Shown here: positions 1 to 9,841 of the stretch, one piece after another
Numbering within the stretch: position 1 is the stretch's first letter
Layout of the letters: the number at the start of each line of letters is the position of its first letter
DNA from: an uncultured Verrucomicrobiae bacterium
GTDB lineage: Bacteria; Verrucomicrobiota; Verrucomicrobiia; Chthoniobacterales; Chthoniobacteraceae
Reading direction: 5' to 3'
NCBI GenBank assembly: GCA_963769025.1
Contig: CAVYKI010000009.1
Span: 352,001-416,000 of the forward strand
Length of the DNA stretch: 64,000 nt
Translations under genes and position numbers: made by a program
Notes under the pieces: model-generated
Told to the model about the DNA's origin: nothing
The model's input: only the letters and a program-made list of their open reading frames with translations
Databases searched by the model: none

Positions 1-663
1 GTTCTCGGCGACGACGACCGCGACAGGGCGCTTATAGGTCGCGAGCGCAGCGATGTTATCGAACTTGTCCCGGAGCAGGAGCGTCACAGGGAGCCATGGG
101 AACTTCTCCTGCGCGACTTCCGCGAGGCGCGCGAATGGAATCACCATGATGGCCCCGGCGATCTTGTCCGGCAGTGCGCCCGCGAGGGCCGCGGCGGTGC
201 CGCTTCCAATGCTTTCCCCGAGAAGAACGATGGGGCGTTTGTCCGTGGCGAGGAGGTTTTCCACCGCCGCGCGTCCCGCGGTGATGAAGCTGTCCTTGCC
301 TGGCGAGCCATTGCGCGAGCCGTAACCGGGGTACTCGACAATGAAGACTTCCCACGCGGCTCCGCCGGGCAGAGCGCCGAACGCATCGGCATAGTAGCTC
401 CGATCGATCGCACTTCCCGCGTTGCCGTGAAAAACGACCAACCGGCCGGTGGCGTGCGGAGCGGGTCGCTTCCAGCCGATGAGCATTCCGTGTGCATCGC
501 GCCACGGTTCCAGCGCGCAATCCGCCGCGCGCGCGAGTGCTGCGGACTCGGTTTGTTTCGTGGGAAAGTAGAGCATTTTATTCTGGCATCCGGCGACGAG
601 CAGACAGAGGCCGACATACACGAGCACGCATACGCGGGCGAGTCTGAGGAAGGGGCGTTTCAC
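1..663 (-). CDS. Alpha/beta hydrolase (3' end beyond window edge)
   Basis: Manual translation, absent from ORF track: GTG start, MKRPFLRLARVCVLVYVGLCLLVAGCQNKMLYFP...LVVFHGNAGS...EYPGYG...LLGESIGSG (GxSxG nucleophile). Confidence 0.85.
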   Translation of the reverse strand, partial: MKRPFLRLARVCVLVYVGLCLLVAGCQNKMLYFPTKQTESAALARAADCALEPWRDAHGMLIGWKRPAPHATGRLVVFHGNAGSAIDRSYYADAFGALPGGAAWEVFIVEYPGYGSRNGSPGKDSFITAGRAAVENLLATDKRPIVLLGESIGSGTAAALAGALPDKIAGAIMVIPFARLAEVAQEKFPWLPVTLLLRDKFDNIAALATYKRPVAVVVAEN

Positions 664-833
664 GGTTTGCCCGCCCTGATACGGCGGACTGGGCGGTTTG
701 AGAAGCACCCACATCGGTCCCAGTGCGGTCATCACCCCGGCGCGCTTCATCAGCAACGGCAAGCGTGACACGGTGAATCCTGCAATTACCGCTCGTAACT
801 TGGCCCGCGGGGTGGGACGGTGCGTTCACAACA

Positions 834-968
834 ATGGCAAAACCCAACTACCAGTTTGAAAAACGTCGGCGTGAAATGGACAAGAAGGCGAAGAAGGCCG
901 AGAAGCTGAAGCGCAAGGATGCGCCGGCGACTCCTGAGACGCCCGACGCCACGCCCGATCCGGTTTAG
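834..968 (+). CDS. Small basic hypothetical protein (44 aa)
   Basis: ATG 834 to TAG 968: MAKPNYQFEKRRREMDKKAKKAEKLKRKDAPATPETPDATPDPV; coding-like codon use; fills intergenic gap. Confidence 0.75.
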   Translation: MAKPNYQFEKRRREMDKKAKKAEKLKRKDAPATPETPDATPDPV

Positions 969-984
969 TCCGCAGGCAGCGGCA

Positions 985-1722
985 TCAACGTCCGCCGATG
1001 CGCGAGGTGCGCACTTCGGGACGGTACGTGATTTTCACGAGGAGATCCCCGCGTCCTCCACGCGGCTTTGGCAGTCCCTCGCCGGGAATGCGCAGCATGG
1101 CGCCGCGGCCGACGCCCGGCGGAATCTGCACACGCAGCATCGCACCGGTGATTCCCTGGAGGCTTTCGGAGCCGCCCTGCGTGGCGCGTCCGGCGCTGAT
1201 GCGCAGGTCGCACCGCAGGTCCGAGCCTTGCGCCTTGAAGCGAAAACCCGGCGCGGCCTTCACCCGGACCGTCACCGTGCCCCCCTCGAAAGGCTCCTCT
1301 CGCGGCAGGCGGAAGCGGGCACCCGGTGCGGTCCCCGGGGGCACTTCGAGGCGGAAGATTTCCACGCCGCGCGGATTTGCCGGATCAGTCACGCGCACAT
1401 CCATCGACGTGCCGCGCAGGAAATCCTCCACCCGCAGGCGCACGTCGTGCGAAATGTTTTTCTCGATTCGCGAGATCGGACGTTCGTGCGGAGGTGTCGC
1501 CGCGTCGAGTTCGCGATCATACGCCAGCCGTCGCACCGGATTGCCGAGGACTTCATGCGCCGCGTTCAACGCCTGCGTGCGGGCCACGGCTTCTGGCGAG
1601 TCCGGGTTCACGTCCGGGTGATGCTTTTTCGTCAGCGACCAGTAGGCGGTGCGAATCTGCGCGGCCGTGCAACGCCGCCCGAGTCCGAGCGCTGCGTAGT
1701 GGTTGGGTTCAGCGTTTTCCAA
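985..1722 (-). CDS. DnaJ/CbpA-like J-domain protein
   Basis: HYAALGL...KKHHPDVN J-domain plus C-terminal DnaJ domain (LRIPGEGLP...RGDLLVKI); no Zn finger. Confidence 0.9.
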   Translation of the reverse strand: MENAEPNHYAALGLGRRCTAAQIRTAYWSLTKKHHPDVNPDSPEAVARTQALNAAHEVLGNPVRRLAYDRELDAATPPHERPISRIEKNISHDVRLRVEDFLRGTSMDVRVTDPANPRGVEIFRLEVPPGTAPGARFRLPREEPFEGGTVTVRVKAAPGFRFKAQGSDLRCDLRISAGRATQGGSESLQGITGAMLRVQIPPGVGRGAMLRIPGEGLPKPRGGRGDLLVKITYRPEVRTSRIGGR

Positions 1723-1731
1723 GGCGCGATC

Positions 1732-2292
1732 CTAACGCGCATGTGCCGCTTCGCCAGCTTCAACGACAGGGGCCGACGCATTCGCATTGGTGGATAAGGC
1801 GGGTCCGGCTGCATTTCTGGCCGTTGCTGCGAGGAGGAGCTGGTCTGTGAGGTACAGCCTGCGTGCCAGCTCCCGCGCGAGGTTCATCATCAGGAGTGCA
1901 AACAGCTCCAGGTTTTCGTGCCTCAATTCGATCAGCGCCTTTTTTGAAAGCACCAGCAGCTCGCTGTCGGAAGCGGCGATGGCGGTGGCGGTATGCGTGT
2001 TCATCGACATGAGCGAGGCTTCGCCGAAGCATTCGCCCACGTGGAGCTCGTGCTTGTTGAGGACGACTTGGTTTTCGGTGATCTGGAGGTCGATCGTTCC
2101 GCTTTTGACGATGTAGATGTGCATCGGCTCGTCGCCCTTCCGGAAGACGACCGAACTGGCTGGCAGCGTCCAGATTTCCAAGCGTCGCAAGATGGTGGCG
2201 AGTTGCGATTCGGTCACTCCGCCGAAGATGCGCAATTGCGAAATGATCGAACCTACGGATTCAAAGTCGGTGAGCGGGGAGGTTCGATGCAC
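1732..2292 (-). CDS. Cyclic nucleotide-binding domain protein
   Basis: VFRKGDEPMHIYIVKSGTI, GECFGEASL, TATAIA motifs; no clear HTH. Confidence 0.85.
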   Translation of the reverse strand: MHRTSPLTDFESVGSIISQLRIFGGVTESQLATILRRLEIWTLPASSVVFRKGDEPMHIYIVKSGTIDLQITENQVVLNKHELHVGECFGEASLMSMNTHTATAIAASDSELLVLSKKALIELRHENLELFALLMMNLARELARRLYLTDQLLLAATARNAAGPALSTNANASAPVVEAGEAAHAR

Positions 2293-2322
2293 GGATGTCT
2301 CTAATGGACATCCCGGTGTCGT

Positions 2323-3411
2323 TCAAGGTGGGAAGAGGACTGACCCGACGCGATGCGATCCGCCGCCGAGGAGCGCGCGCCGCTCATCCATCGTCATTTT
2401 CCGCATCGCTTTGACGGCTGCATAGAATGACCGGATGTCACCCTTGTGAAGGCTGAGCAGGCGCTCAAAGCCGGGGACGAGTTCGTAATAGCTGGCCACG
2501 GAGTTGAGCAGGGCGTTGTTCCCGGGTTTTGCGAACATCCGATCGTAGCGTGAATCGTTCCGCCAGCGCGAACGGATCGTCGCATAGCCATCATGCATGC
2601 GCCGGAATGCCTCGGCCTTCTCGCGTCGCATCTCCTCCGGACTGCGGGTCTCATCTGCGTATAGGCTCTTCAGCTTGCGCCGGGTATCGAGCAACAGGCG
2701 GACGATCTCGCGATCCTTGCGCAGGCTCGTTTCGTGGCTGGCGAGGGCTCGCTCGTCTCCCTTCGCTTTCAACCATCGACGGACGCCGTGTTCAGCATTC
2801 GCCGTCGCGAACGCCTCGTTGAAATCCGTGTCGCCGGGGAAAAACACCTCCACGTGCGTCAGTTCGTGAAACAGGAGTTCGGCAAGCTGCGCATCGCTTC
2901 CGTGGAAAAATGTATTGAGCACCGGATCTCGGAACCATCCCAACGTCGAATAAGCCTCCACGCCTCCGACGTGCGTCTCAAAGCCCTGCGCTCTCAGCCG
3001 CGCGGCTTCCTCCTCGGCCGCCTGTTCGGAAAAGTAGCCGCGGTATTCCAGATTTCCCAGGAACGGATACCACCACGTCTTGCCCTCGACGGAAAATTCC
3101 GGCGCGGCGTAAACCACCCACGAAACGTAACGCCGGGCGAGATCGGTGTAGCGATCATAGATCCGATCGGCTGGCAGTTGCAGTTCGGATCGCGCAAACG
3201 CACGCACCTCCTGCACCAGCGCCAGTTTCCGCTTCGTCTCGTCGGAAACCTTCGCGTCCCGCGTTACCGCAGGCATCGTCCGGGCCTTCGCCAGTATTTC
3301 GAATTGGCCGTGGATCGCCTGCGCGTAATATTTCCCCGTGCCGCAGCCGGAAAGCCCCACGCATAGCAGGAGCGCAAAAAGCGAGGCGCAGCGGTGGGGA
3401 CGGCTTTCCAT
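2323..3411 (-). CDS. Putative zinc aminopeptidase lipoprotein
   Basis: Lipobox LSGC; AYSTLGWFRDP, LFHELTH (HExxH), FNEAFA. Confidence 0.85.
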   Translation of the reverse strand: MESRPHRCASLFALLLCVGLSGCGTGKYYAQAIHGQFEILAKARTMPAVTRDAKVSDETKRKLALVQEVRAFARSELQLPADRIYDRYTDLARRYVSWVVYAAPEFSVEGKTWWYPFLGNLEYRGYFSEQAAEEEAARLRAQGFETHVGGVEAYSTLGWFRDPVLNTFFHGSDAQLAELLFHELTHVEVFFPGDTDFNEAFATANAEHGVRRWLKAKGDERALASHETSLRKDREIVRLLLDTRRKLKSLYADETRSPEEMRREKAEAFRRMHDGYATIRSRWRNDSRYDRMFAKPGNNALLNSVASYYELVPGFERLLSLHKGDIRSFYAAVKAMRKMTMDERRALLGGGSHRVGSVLFPP

Positions 3412-3476
3412 GGCGTGGATGTAGGGCCGTTTTTGGAACGCGGCAATCGACGGCTTGACGATCCGATTCGGTGATT

Positions 3477-4019
3477 TCAGCGATGCGGACTCGCGGGAGT
3501 GACGCGAAATTCCTGCTCGAGCAGCGCCGAGAGTTTCTGCATTGCCAGGGCGAGACGTTCGCGGGTTTCCAGCACGGCTGCGTCCGAGATCGGATCAAGC
3601 GGAATGGCCATCGCGGTTTCGTAACGCTGCGTGAGCGGATGTTTCGCGTTCGTTCCGCCGGTGTTCTGCAGCAAGGCGTTGACCTCCGCGACGAGTTGCA
3701 GCGCGAAGTCGATCTTCTCCCGTGCCGTCGCTTCGGTGATTTCGCCCGATGCCACGCGCTGCAATTGGCGGCACTCGAAAATCCGGCAGCGCTCCGGGCG
3801 TGCCGCATAGATGGAGCATTGTGAATCCCGGTGCGCCGGACAGGGCTGCACGATGTGGCTCTGCCCGCGTTTGTGTTTCAGCTTCAGTCCCAGCGCCGCG
3901 AGGGCCTTCGGCGAATCCCCGGGCTGCAGCCGCACGATTTGGAACATCACGCCGCTGCAGCACATCCCGCAGCCTCCGCACAGGCGGGAGGCGGCGGAGG
4001 AAGTATCAGGCGTGATCAT
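3477..4019 (-). CDS. YkgJ-family CxxCxxCC cysteine-cluster protein
   Basis: LCGGCGMCCSG, PCPAH, CSIYAARPERCRIFEC; start set at ATG 4019. Confidence 0.85.
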   Translation of the reverse strand: MITPDTSSAASRLCGGCGMCCSGVMFQIVRLQPGDSPKALAALGLKLKHKRGQSHIVQPCPAHRDSQCSIYAARPERCRIFECRQLQRVASGEITEATAREKIDFALQLVAEVNALLQNTGGTNAKHPLTQRYETAMAIPLDPISDAAVLETRERLALAMQKLSALLEQEFRVTPASPHR

Positions 4020-4134
4020 GCGATGCCGTCCAGCCGTAGGGCGAGCGGCACATGGCATCAAGCCCTTCGCGGCCTGCGCCAGCGGGAGGAATATCCTCCC
4101 CAACGGCGTCGACGGCGGCCAGTGTGCGCAGTCC

Positions 4135-4977
4135 ATGGCCATCCTCGGCAAACGCAGCACACTCCCGATCATCCGGCAGGCTCCGCCCGGTTATTACCTC
4201 GACGGCGGCACGCTCGGCGAAATCCTCCTGCCCGGCCGCTACGTCCCGCCGACCGCGATGCCCGGCGGAATGATCGACGTCTTCGTGTACCGCGATTCCG
4301 AGGACCGGCTGGTCGCCACCACCGAAACGCCGCTCGCCATGGTTGGCGACTTCGCCTTTCTCCGCGTCGTCAGCCAGACTCCCAGCATCGGCGCGTTTCT
4401 CGATTGGGGACTGGAAAAGGACCTGCTCCTCCCTCGGCGCGAATACGCCGGCGGCATCCGCACCGGTGAACGCGCGCTCGTCCACGTGATGCTCGACGAA
4501 AAATCCGATCGCATCGTCGCCACCGCCCGTCTGAACCGCCACCTCAACCTCACGGCGCCGAACTACGCCGAGGGACAGGCCGTGAAGCTGATCGTCGAAA
4601 GCGAGACGCCGCTCGGCTACAAGGCGATCATCAATTCCGCACACACGGGCCTCCTTTACCGCGCCGAACTCTCCGGCCCGCTGAGCATCGGCCAGTCGCT
4701 CGACGGCTTCATCCGCACCGTCCGGCCCGACGGGAAAATCGACCTCGGCCTTGATCCCGCCGGACATCGCCGCCTCGCGCCGCTCTCCATGCAGATCCTG
4801 TCCGCGCTGAAGAATGCCGGCGGCCGCCTCCCGTATCACGACGGTAGTTCGCCCGACGAAATCCGCGAGGCGCTCGGCATGAGCAAGAAGGCCTTCAAGC
4901 AAGCCATCGGCGTGCTTTTCCGCGAGCGGCGCATCGTGATCGAGCCCGACGGCATCCGCCTCGTGAAGGCCGGCTAG
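4135..4977 (+). CDS. cvfB: CvfB-family S1 RNA-binding protein
   Basis: VFVYRDSEDRLVATT, GAFLDWGLEKDLLLP, C-terminal winged helix SSPDEIREALGMSKKAFKQAIG. Confidence 0.9.
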   Translation: MAILGKRSTLPIIRQAPPGYYLDGGTLGEILLPGRYVPPTAMPGGMIDVFVYRDSEDRLVATTETPLAMVGDFAFLRVVSQTPSIGAFLDWGLEKDLLLPRREYAGGIRTGERALVHVMLDEKSDRIVATARLNRHLNLTAPNYAEGQAVKLIVESETPLGYKAIINSAHTGLLYRAELSGPLSIGQSLDGFIRTVRPDGKIDLGLDPAGHRRLAPLSMQILSALKNAGGRLPYHDGSSPDEIREALGMSKKAFKQAIGVLFRERRIVIEPDGIRLVKAG

Positions 4978-5118
4978 CAGCGAGCAAGTCAGTCAAAAGA
5001 AGAGCAAGGGCCGCCAACCCACGTGGAGCCGCCGATGGGCGTCGATGTCGTAATGATACTGGCGGGCTCCGTCCGTGGTGCCCGTTGTCCGAAACCAGAA
5101 CAACCAACCCCAAACTCC

Positions 5119-5418
5119 ATGAACACCTTCATCGCTCTCGTCAATTTCACGCCACAGGGCCTTCAAAACGTTCACGACTCGCCTCACCGCGCCGCTGCTT
5201 TCAAGGCCGCAGCGAAGAAGGTCGGAGTCAAAGTTCGAGAGATCTATTGGACCCTCGGTGCATACGATGGCGTCATCGTCTTTGACGCCGAATCCGACAA
5301 GGCAGCCACTGCCGCGATGCTTGGGCTGTCAGGCTTGGGAAACGTCCACACGCAGACCCTGCGGGCGTTTGGCGTGGCCGATTTCGGCGCGATTCTCGAG
5401 AAAACCCCTCGGCTGTAA
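5119..5418 (+). CDS. GYD domain-containing protein
   Basis: NFTPQG...YWTLGAYDGV...GNVHTQTLRAF, 99 aa. Confidence 0.85.
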   Translation: MNTFIALVNFTPQGLQNVHDSPHRAAAFKAAAKKVGVKVREIYWTLGAYDGVIVFDAESDKAATAAMLGLSGLGNVHTQTLRAFGVADFGAILEKTPRL

Positions 5419-5505
5419 ATTCGCCGCTCCACCGCGCCGCGGCACACGAACCGGTCCGGAGCATTCGACGTTGTGCGCGGCGTGCGGATCCGGCAGCATT
5501 CAGGC

Positions 5506-6021
5506 ATGAAAATCCTGACGCGGATTATTCTCCTCGCGGCGTTCGCATGTTCGTTTTCCGCATGCCTTTTCAAGGAGCCTGTCTTCACCGAAGGTTTCGC
5601 CAAGGCGGACGCGGCGCTCGGCGGCGTTTGGGCGACTCAGGGCGAGGATGGGGATCCGCGGAAGATCGAATTCGCCGTGTGCGCGCCGCTCGACGACACT
5701 CGCTACATCCTGAACCATCCCACGGGTGAAAAAGACGCAATTTATTACGAGGCGATGCCGCTAAAAATTCGCGAACGCACCCTGCTCCAGTTGCGCGTGC
5801 TTGCGTCGTTCAGCGACGGCTTGCCGAAGTCCGATGCGGAGCGCTACACGCTGGTCTGGATCGAAAAGGATGGGGAAAAACTCCGCATCCGTGCGCTCGG
5901 CGGCGACGGAGCGAAGAACAAGGGACCGGCGGAGATTCGCAAGGAACTGGAGACGCAGTCCTCCGATTGGGGCAGGCTCTTCGGCGAGCCCGTCGTTTTC
6001 CATCGGCTGAAGGACCGCTAA
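5506..6021 (+). CDS. Hypothetical lipoprotein
   Basis: Signal peptide MKILTRIILLAAFACSFSAC. Confidence 0.7.
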   Translation: MKILTRIILLAAFACSFSACLFKEPVFTEGFAKADAALGGVWATQGEDGDPRKIEFAVCAPLDDTRYILNHPTGEKDAIYYEAMPLKIRERTLLQLRVLASFSDGLPKSDAERYTLVWIEKDGEKLRIRALGGDGAKNKGPAEIRKELETQSSDWGRLFGEPVVFHRLKDR

Positions 6022-6028
6022 CGCCGCT

Positions 6029-6799
6029 TCACACCTCGAAGCGCGCGTCGCGAAGCGCTGGAAACTCCGTGCGCCATGCGGCGACATCGGCATGGGAAAT
6101 CGAGGCCGTGAGGATTGTCTCGGCGGTTCCAGCGTCGGCGATGATTTCGCCGTGCGGGTTTACGACAATGCTGCGTCCGCAATACTCGAAGCGCGGCTCG
6201 CGCCCGGTGCGGTTCACGCCGACAACGAATGCCAGGTTTTCGATCGCGCGCGCTTTCAGCAGCGTGATCCAGTGCTCGATGCGCTTCACGGGCCATGCGG
6301 CGATTTCAACGAAAAGATCCGCGCCGCGGCGCGTGGCCTCGCGGAACAGTTCAGGAAATCGCAGGTCGTAGCAGATAAGCGGCGCGATGGTGAAATCGCC
6401 GAGTCGAAACAGGACAGGCTCGGTGCCGGCCTCGTGCACGTCGGTTTCTCCCGCTCCGCTGAATGGCCGCTGCTTCACGTACCGCGCGAGCAGCGTGCCG
6501 TCTGCGGCGAATGTGACGGACTCGTTGCGTCCGCGTCCGTCCGTGCCGAGGTTGATGACGCCACCGGTCACCGTGGAGCGATGCCGCATCGCGAGTGTGC
6601 GCAAAAATTCCTCCGTCTCTCGCGTCGCGCCTTGCAACGTCTTGGAAAGATCGAGGCTGAAGCCGGTGGAAAACATTTCCGGCAATACGATGAGCGAACC
6701 TTCAGTCGGTGGCTTGGCCGTGAGGAGGCGCTCGACCTTCGCGAAATTCCTGACCGGGTCCTCCCAGACGCTGTCGAGTTGGATGGCGGCGATGTTCAT
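6029..6799 (-). CDS. Carbon-nitrogen hydrolase (nitrilase/omega-amidase family)
   Basis: Glu-Lys-Cys triad motifs: VLPEMFSTGF, YVKQRPF, ICYDLRFPE; ARAIEN. Confidence 0.92.
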   Translation of the reverse strand: MNIAAIQLDSVWEDPVRNFAKVERLLTAKPPTEGSLIVLPEMFSTGFSLDLSKTLQGATRETEEFLRTLAMRHRSTVTGGVINLGTDGRGRNESVTFAADGTLLARYVKQRPFSGAGETDVHEAGTEPVLFRLGDFTIAPLICYDLRFPELFREATRRGADLFVEIAAWPVKRIEHWITLLKARAIENLAFVVGVNRTGREPRFEYCGRSIVVNPHGEIIADAGTAETILTASISHADVAAWRTEFPALRDARFEV

Positions 6800-6890
6800 C
6801 GGAAATGTTAAATTTGCCGCCCCGTTCTTCGCGATGCAGGTGATTGATGGCCGCGCGTCATGAAACTGGGATCTTCGTCGGCGCCCACCA

Positions 6891-7916
6891 TCAGGTCTGT
6901 GCAGGGATGAGCAGGTGCCGGATTTGTGATGTGGTCGCCGTGCCGGTCGTCCCCAGTTGGTGGATGACGACGTTCGCCGCCGCCATTGCGATCTCCATGG
7001 CCTCGTGCATCTCCGCGCCGGCTGCGAGCGCCATCGCGAGATTGGCAGAGACGGAGTCACCTGCACCGACGATGTCAATCGTACCGCGAACGGGAAATGC
7101 CGGAACGTGTTCGATGCATCCGGATGCGTCCGCTCCCAGAATGCCCTGCCCGGCTTGGCTGACAAATACGGCGTGTCCATTTTGCTGCGCTCGGCTCCGG
7201 GTTGCGTCCCGCATCGCCGAAGGATCGGATTCCGAAACACCTTCGAGCACCGAGAGTTCGCGGGCGTTCATCTTCCAAATGCACGGCGGCCAGCCGCCCA
7301 ATCCCCGGCGGCAGTCCGCCAGCACGGGAACCGTCAGGCGTTCCCGCGAGAGTTCGCCGATGGCTTCGCGAATGCGCGTGGTGACGACACCCGTTTCGGC
7401 GATGTCCACCTGATCCATCACGATGATCGCATCGGCATCCGCCGCGAGTTTGCGCAGCGCGACGAGCAACTGCTCATCCACGGCTGCCGGCGTGGGCGTC
7501 CAGTTTTTCAAGTCGAGCCTGCTGAGTTCACGTGGCGCCTGACCGGGTTCGTGCAGCAGCGGTTTCGTATAGGTGAAAGTGCGGCGCCCGGCCGTCTGGA
7601 GAAATCCCTCGCAATGCACGCGCGGGATATTTCCCAGCGCGCGCTGCAACTCGAATCCTTCGCCGTCCTCTCCGCAAAAGCCGATCGGAAACACCGCGCC
7701 CGCGCCGAGTGCAGTGAGGTTCGCGAGGATCGTCCCGGCCGCGCCGGGTTGGGAGCGGACGTTGGTGACATTGTGGACCGGCAGCCCGGTCTCGATGGAT
7801 GTCTCGCCCTTCGCCGGATCGATATCAAGGTATCGGTCGAGACAGAAGTCTCCGAGCAGGACGATGCGCAGCTTCGCATAGCGCTCCGAGAGTTGGGTGA
7901 ATCGCTCCGGCGTCAT
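6891..7916 (-). CDS. PfkB-family sugar kinase, HldE/RfaE kinase-domain-like
   Basis: LLGDFCLDRY, PGAAGTILANL, DIVGAGDS. Confidence 0.88.
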   Translation of the reverse strand: MTPERFTQLSERYAKLRIVLLGDFCLDRYLDIDPAKGETSIETGLPVHNVTNVRSQPGAAGTILANLTALGAGAVFPIGFCGEDGEGFELQRALGNIPRVHCEGFLQTAGRRTFTYTKPLLHEPGQAPRELSRLDLKNWTPTPAAVDEQLLVALRKLAADADAIIVMDQVDIAETGVVTTRIREAIGELSRERLTVPVLADCRRGLGGWPPCIWKMNARELSVLEGVSESDPSAMRDATRSRAQQNGHAVFVSQAGQGILGADASGCIEHVPAFPVRGTIDIVGAGDSVSANLAMALAAGAEMHEAMEIAMAAANVVIHQLGTTGTATTSQIRHLLIPAQT

Positions 7917-7927
7917 CGCTCAGTCGC

Positions 7928-9013
7928 TTATGCCCGAAGGGCGTGCAGCAGGCCGTGGACGAATGCGAGGTTGTCGCACTGCGCGTACTGCATCGCGCCG
8001 CCCATGCGGGAGAAGCTCTTGCAGAACCGCAGGTAATACGCGGCCGACGTCTTCGGCGGTTCGCCCTGCGTCCAGTCCCAGTTCCCGCCGTCCTGCAGAT
8101 CCACTACGAAAATGCTGTGCCCGGTTACGGCTGGGCGGTCGTTTTGAAAGCGGACGTTGTGGACGCAGCTCAGGCTCTTCTCAAAAACCTGCGGCGCCAT
8201 GATTGCCGAGCCGACTGCGAGCAGCACGCCATCATCGAGCCGATCCACGCTCCCGCAGAAGGAATGAAAATCCGTCGTCGCCGCACGCCCGATCGCCGCG
8301 CCGTTGAAAAGCGGATGGCACGACACGATGTCGTAGCCGATGCCGGGATGCACCGTCGCCGGGACGCCCAGCCGGAACGCCTGCGCGAGGATGGATGCGT
8401 GTTTCCATTTGTGAATGACCTCATGCCGTCCCGCGGCGATGGCGTGGCGTTGCATCGCGGTCAGCACTTCGGCCTGCGCTGGAGCATCGCCATCCGGATG
8501 GGTGAGCGCTTCGCGCAATGCTTCCGGCGCGGGGAATGTGCAGCCGTCCTCGTGGATGAAACGTCCGAGCGCGGCGCCGTAGCCTTCGCCGCGAAGCCCG
8601 CCAGCGAGCAGCGCGAGATGAATGTTGCGTCCCGTTTCCTCCCACGCGCCAAATGTCCCGGTCGTGACATTTTCCTCCACGCTCTCGCAGGACTTCCCGA
8701 GCCACGCGAATTCCCAGTCGTGGATGGTCCCCGCTCCATTCGTGGCGATGTGGGTGATCCATTCGCGCTCCATCAATTCCGTCACGATGCGCGCGGCGCC
8801 GTTGCGGAGAAGATGCGCGCCATACATCAGGATCACCGCCGCGCCGCGCTTCCGAGCCTCGCGGATTTTCTCCGCAGCCGCGGCAATGGTGGCGCTGGCA
8901 TCGGCGGCCGCAGGCGCGGTGTCCGGGTCCACGAGAATCTCATCCACGTCCAGGAGACTCCTCCTTTCGGTGAGCGGATGGCTGCGGATTTCTGACGGAT
9001 CGAATCGGTTCAC
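7928..9013 (-). CDS. Uncharacterised protein, probably deoxyhypusine-synthase-like NAD-binding fold
   Basis: ILMYGAHLLRNG, HIATNGAGTIHDWE, PATVHPGIGYDI, GSAIMAPQVFEK. Confidence 0.6.
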   Translation of the reverse strand: MNRFDPSEIRSHPLTERRSLLDVDEILVDPDTAPAAADASATIAAAAEKIREARKRGAAVILMYGAHLLRNGAARIVTELMEREWITHIATNGAGTIHDWEFAWLGKSCESVEENVTTGTFGAWEETGRNIHLALLAGGLRGEGYGAALGRFIHEDGCTFPAPEALREALTHPDGDAPAQAEVLTAMQRHAIAAGRHEVIHKWKHASILAQAFRLGVPATVHPGIGYDIVSCHPLFNGAAIGRAATTDFHSFCGSVDRLDDGVLLAVGSAIMAPQVFEKSLSCVHNVRFQNDRPAVTGHSIFVVDLQDGGNWDWTQGEPPKTSAAYYLRFCKSFSRMGGAMQYAQCDNLAFVHGLLHALRA

Positions 9014-9829
9014 GGCGCGATGAGTGCCTCGATGATCTGCTGAGCCGCGTGAAAATCCGCAATCACGCCATCCGCACCGGCTGCGAGCAGCGTCTCGCGT
9101 TTGGCCGGATCAATCCGGCCGGAGCCGTGATTCTCCTCGTCGCTTGCCACCGCGATCGCAATCCCCCCGACCGACTTCGTCTCGCGGATTTCGACGGGGC
9201 CGTCGCCGAATGCCAGCAGTGTTGAGCCATCCGACGCCCTGTTCGCGCAGGAGGTTCGCGATGACTGCGCGTTTCGAAAAGTTCCGATCCTCCAGCGTGT
9301 CCGGGCCGTGCATCGCGTCGAAGTAGCGCGCGACATCGAGCAACTCCGTCTCGTGCCGGACTTCGTGCAGCACCGAACCGGTCGCGAGCGTGAGCACGAT
9401 TCCGCGCGCGCGGAGTGTTTCAAAAAGCGCGCGGACACCGCGCACCAGAAGCGAATCCGTGCCCGGCGGTTCCCGCCGGGCGCGCTCGAGTCGCGCGCTC
9501 ACTGCCTCGCCAAGCCTTCGCTGAAACTCATCGTTGTAGTGCCCGGCAGACTCCGGCGCGCCTCCGCGCTGCGCGACGAGTTCCGCGAGATGCACCATCT
9601 GGTGGATGGTCGGCTTGCCGTTGAGCGTCATCAGCTCCGCGCGCGCGAACGCCCGCCGTTGCGCATCGCTTTCCTCCGCGAGCGGAGGGAGATGCTCGGC
9701 GTAAAGTGCGGCCATGATGTCCGCCCACCCGCCGCGGCTCAGCGACGTGGTGCCATCCCAATCCATGAGCACATGGCTGATGGCGCGCGGGCGGAGCGGG
9801 CGTGCAAATTCAATCGGAGCTGCGGTCAC
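9010..9829 (-). CDS. HAD-family hydrolase/phosphatase (+1 indel near 9231)
   Basis: Motif I MDWDGT in ORF 9110-9829; motif IV FGDGPVEI in ORF 9010-9438; joined by removing one base at 9231-9232. Confidence 0.85.
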
Positions 9830-9841
9830 GCGCGCACTAAG

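Noticed and set aside
800..817. TTGGCCCG... sigma-54-like site upstream of the 44-aa ORF
   Set aside because: Lacks the conserved GC at -12
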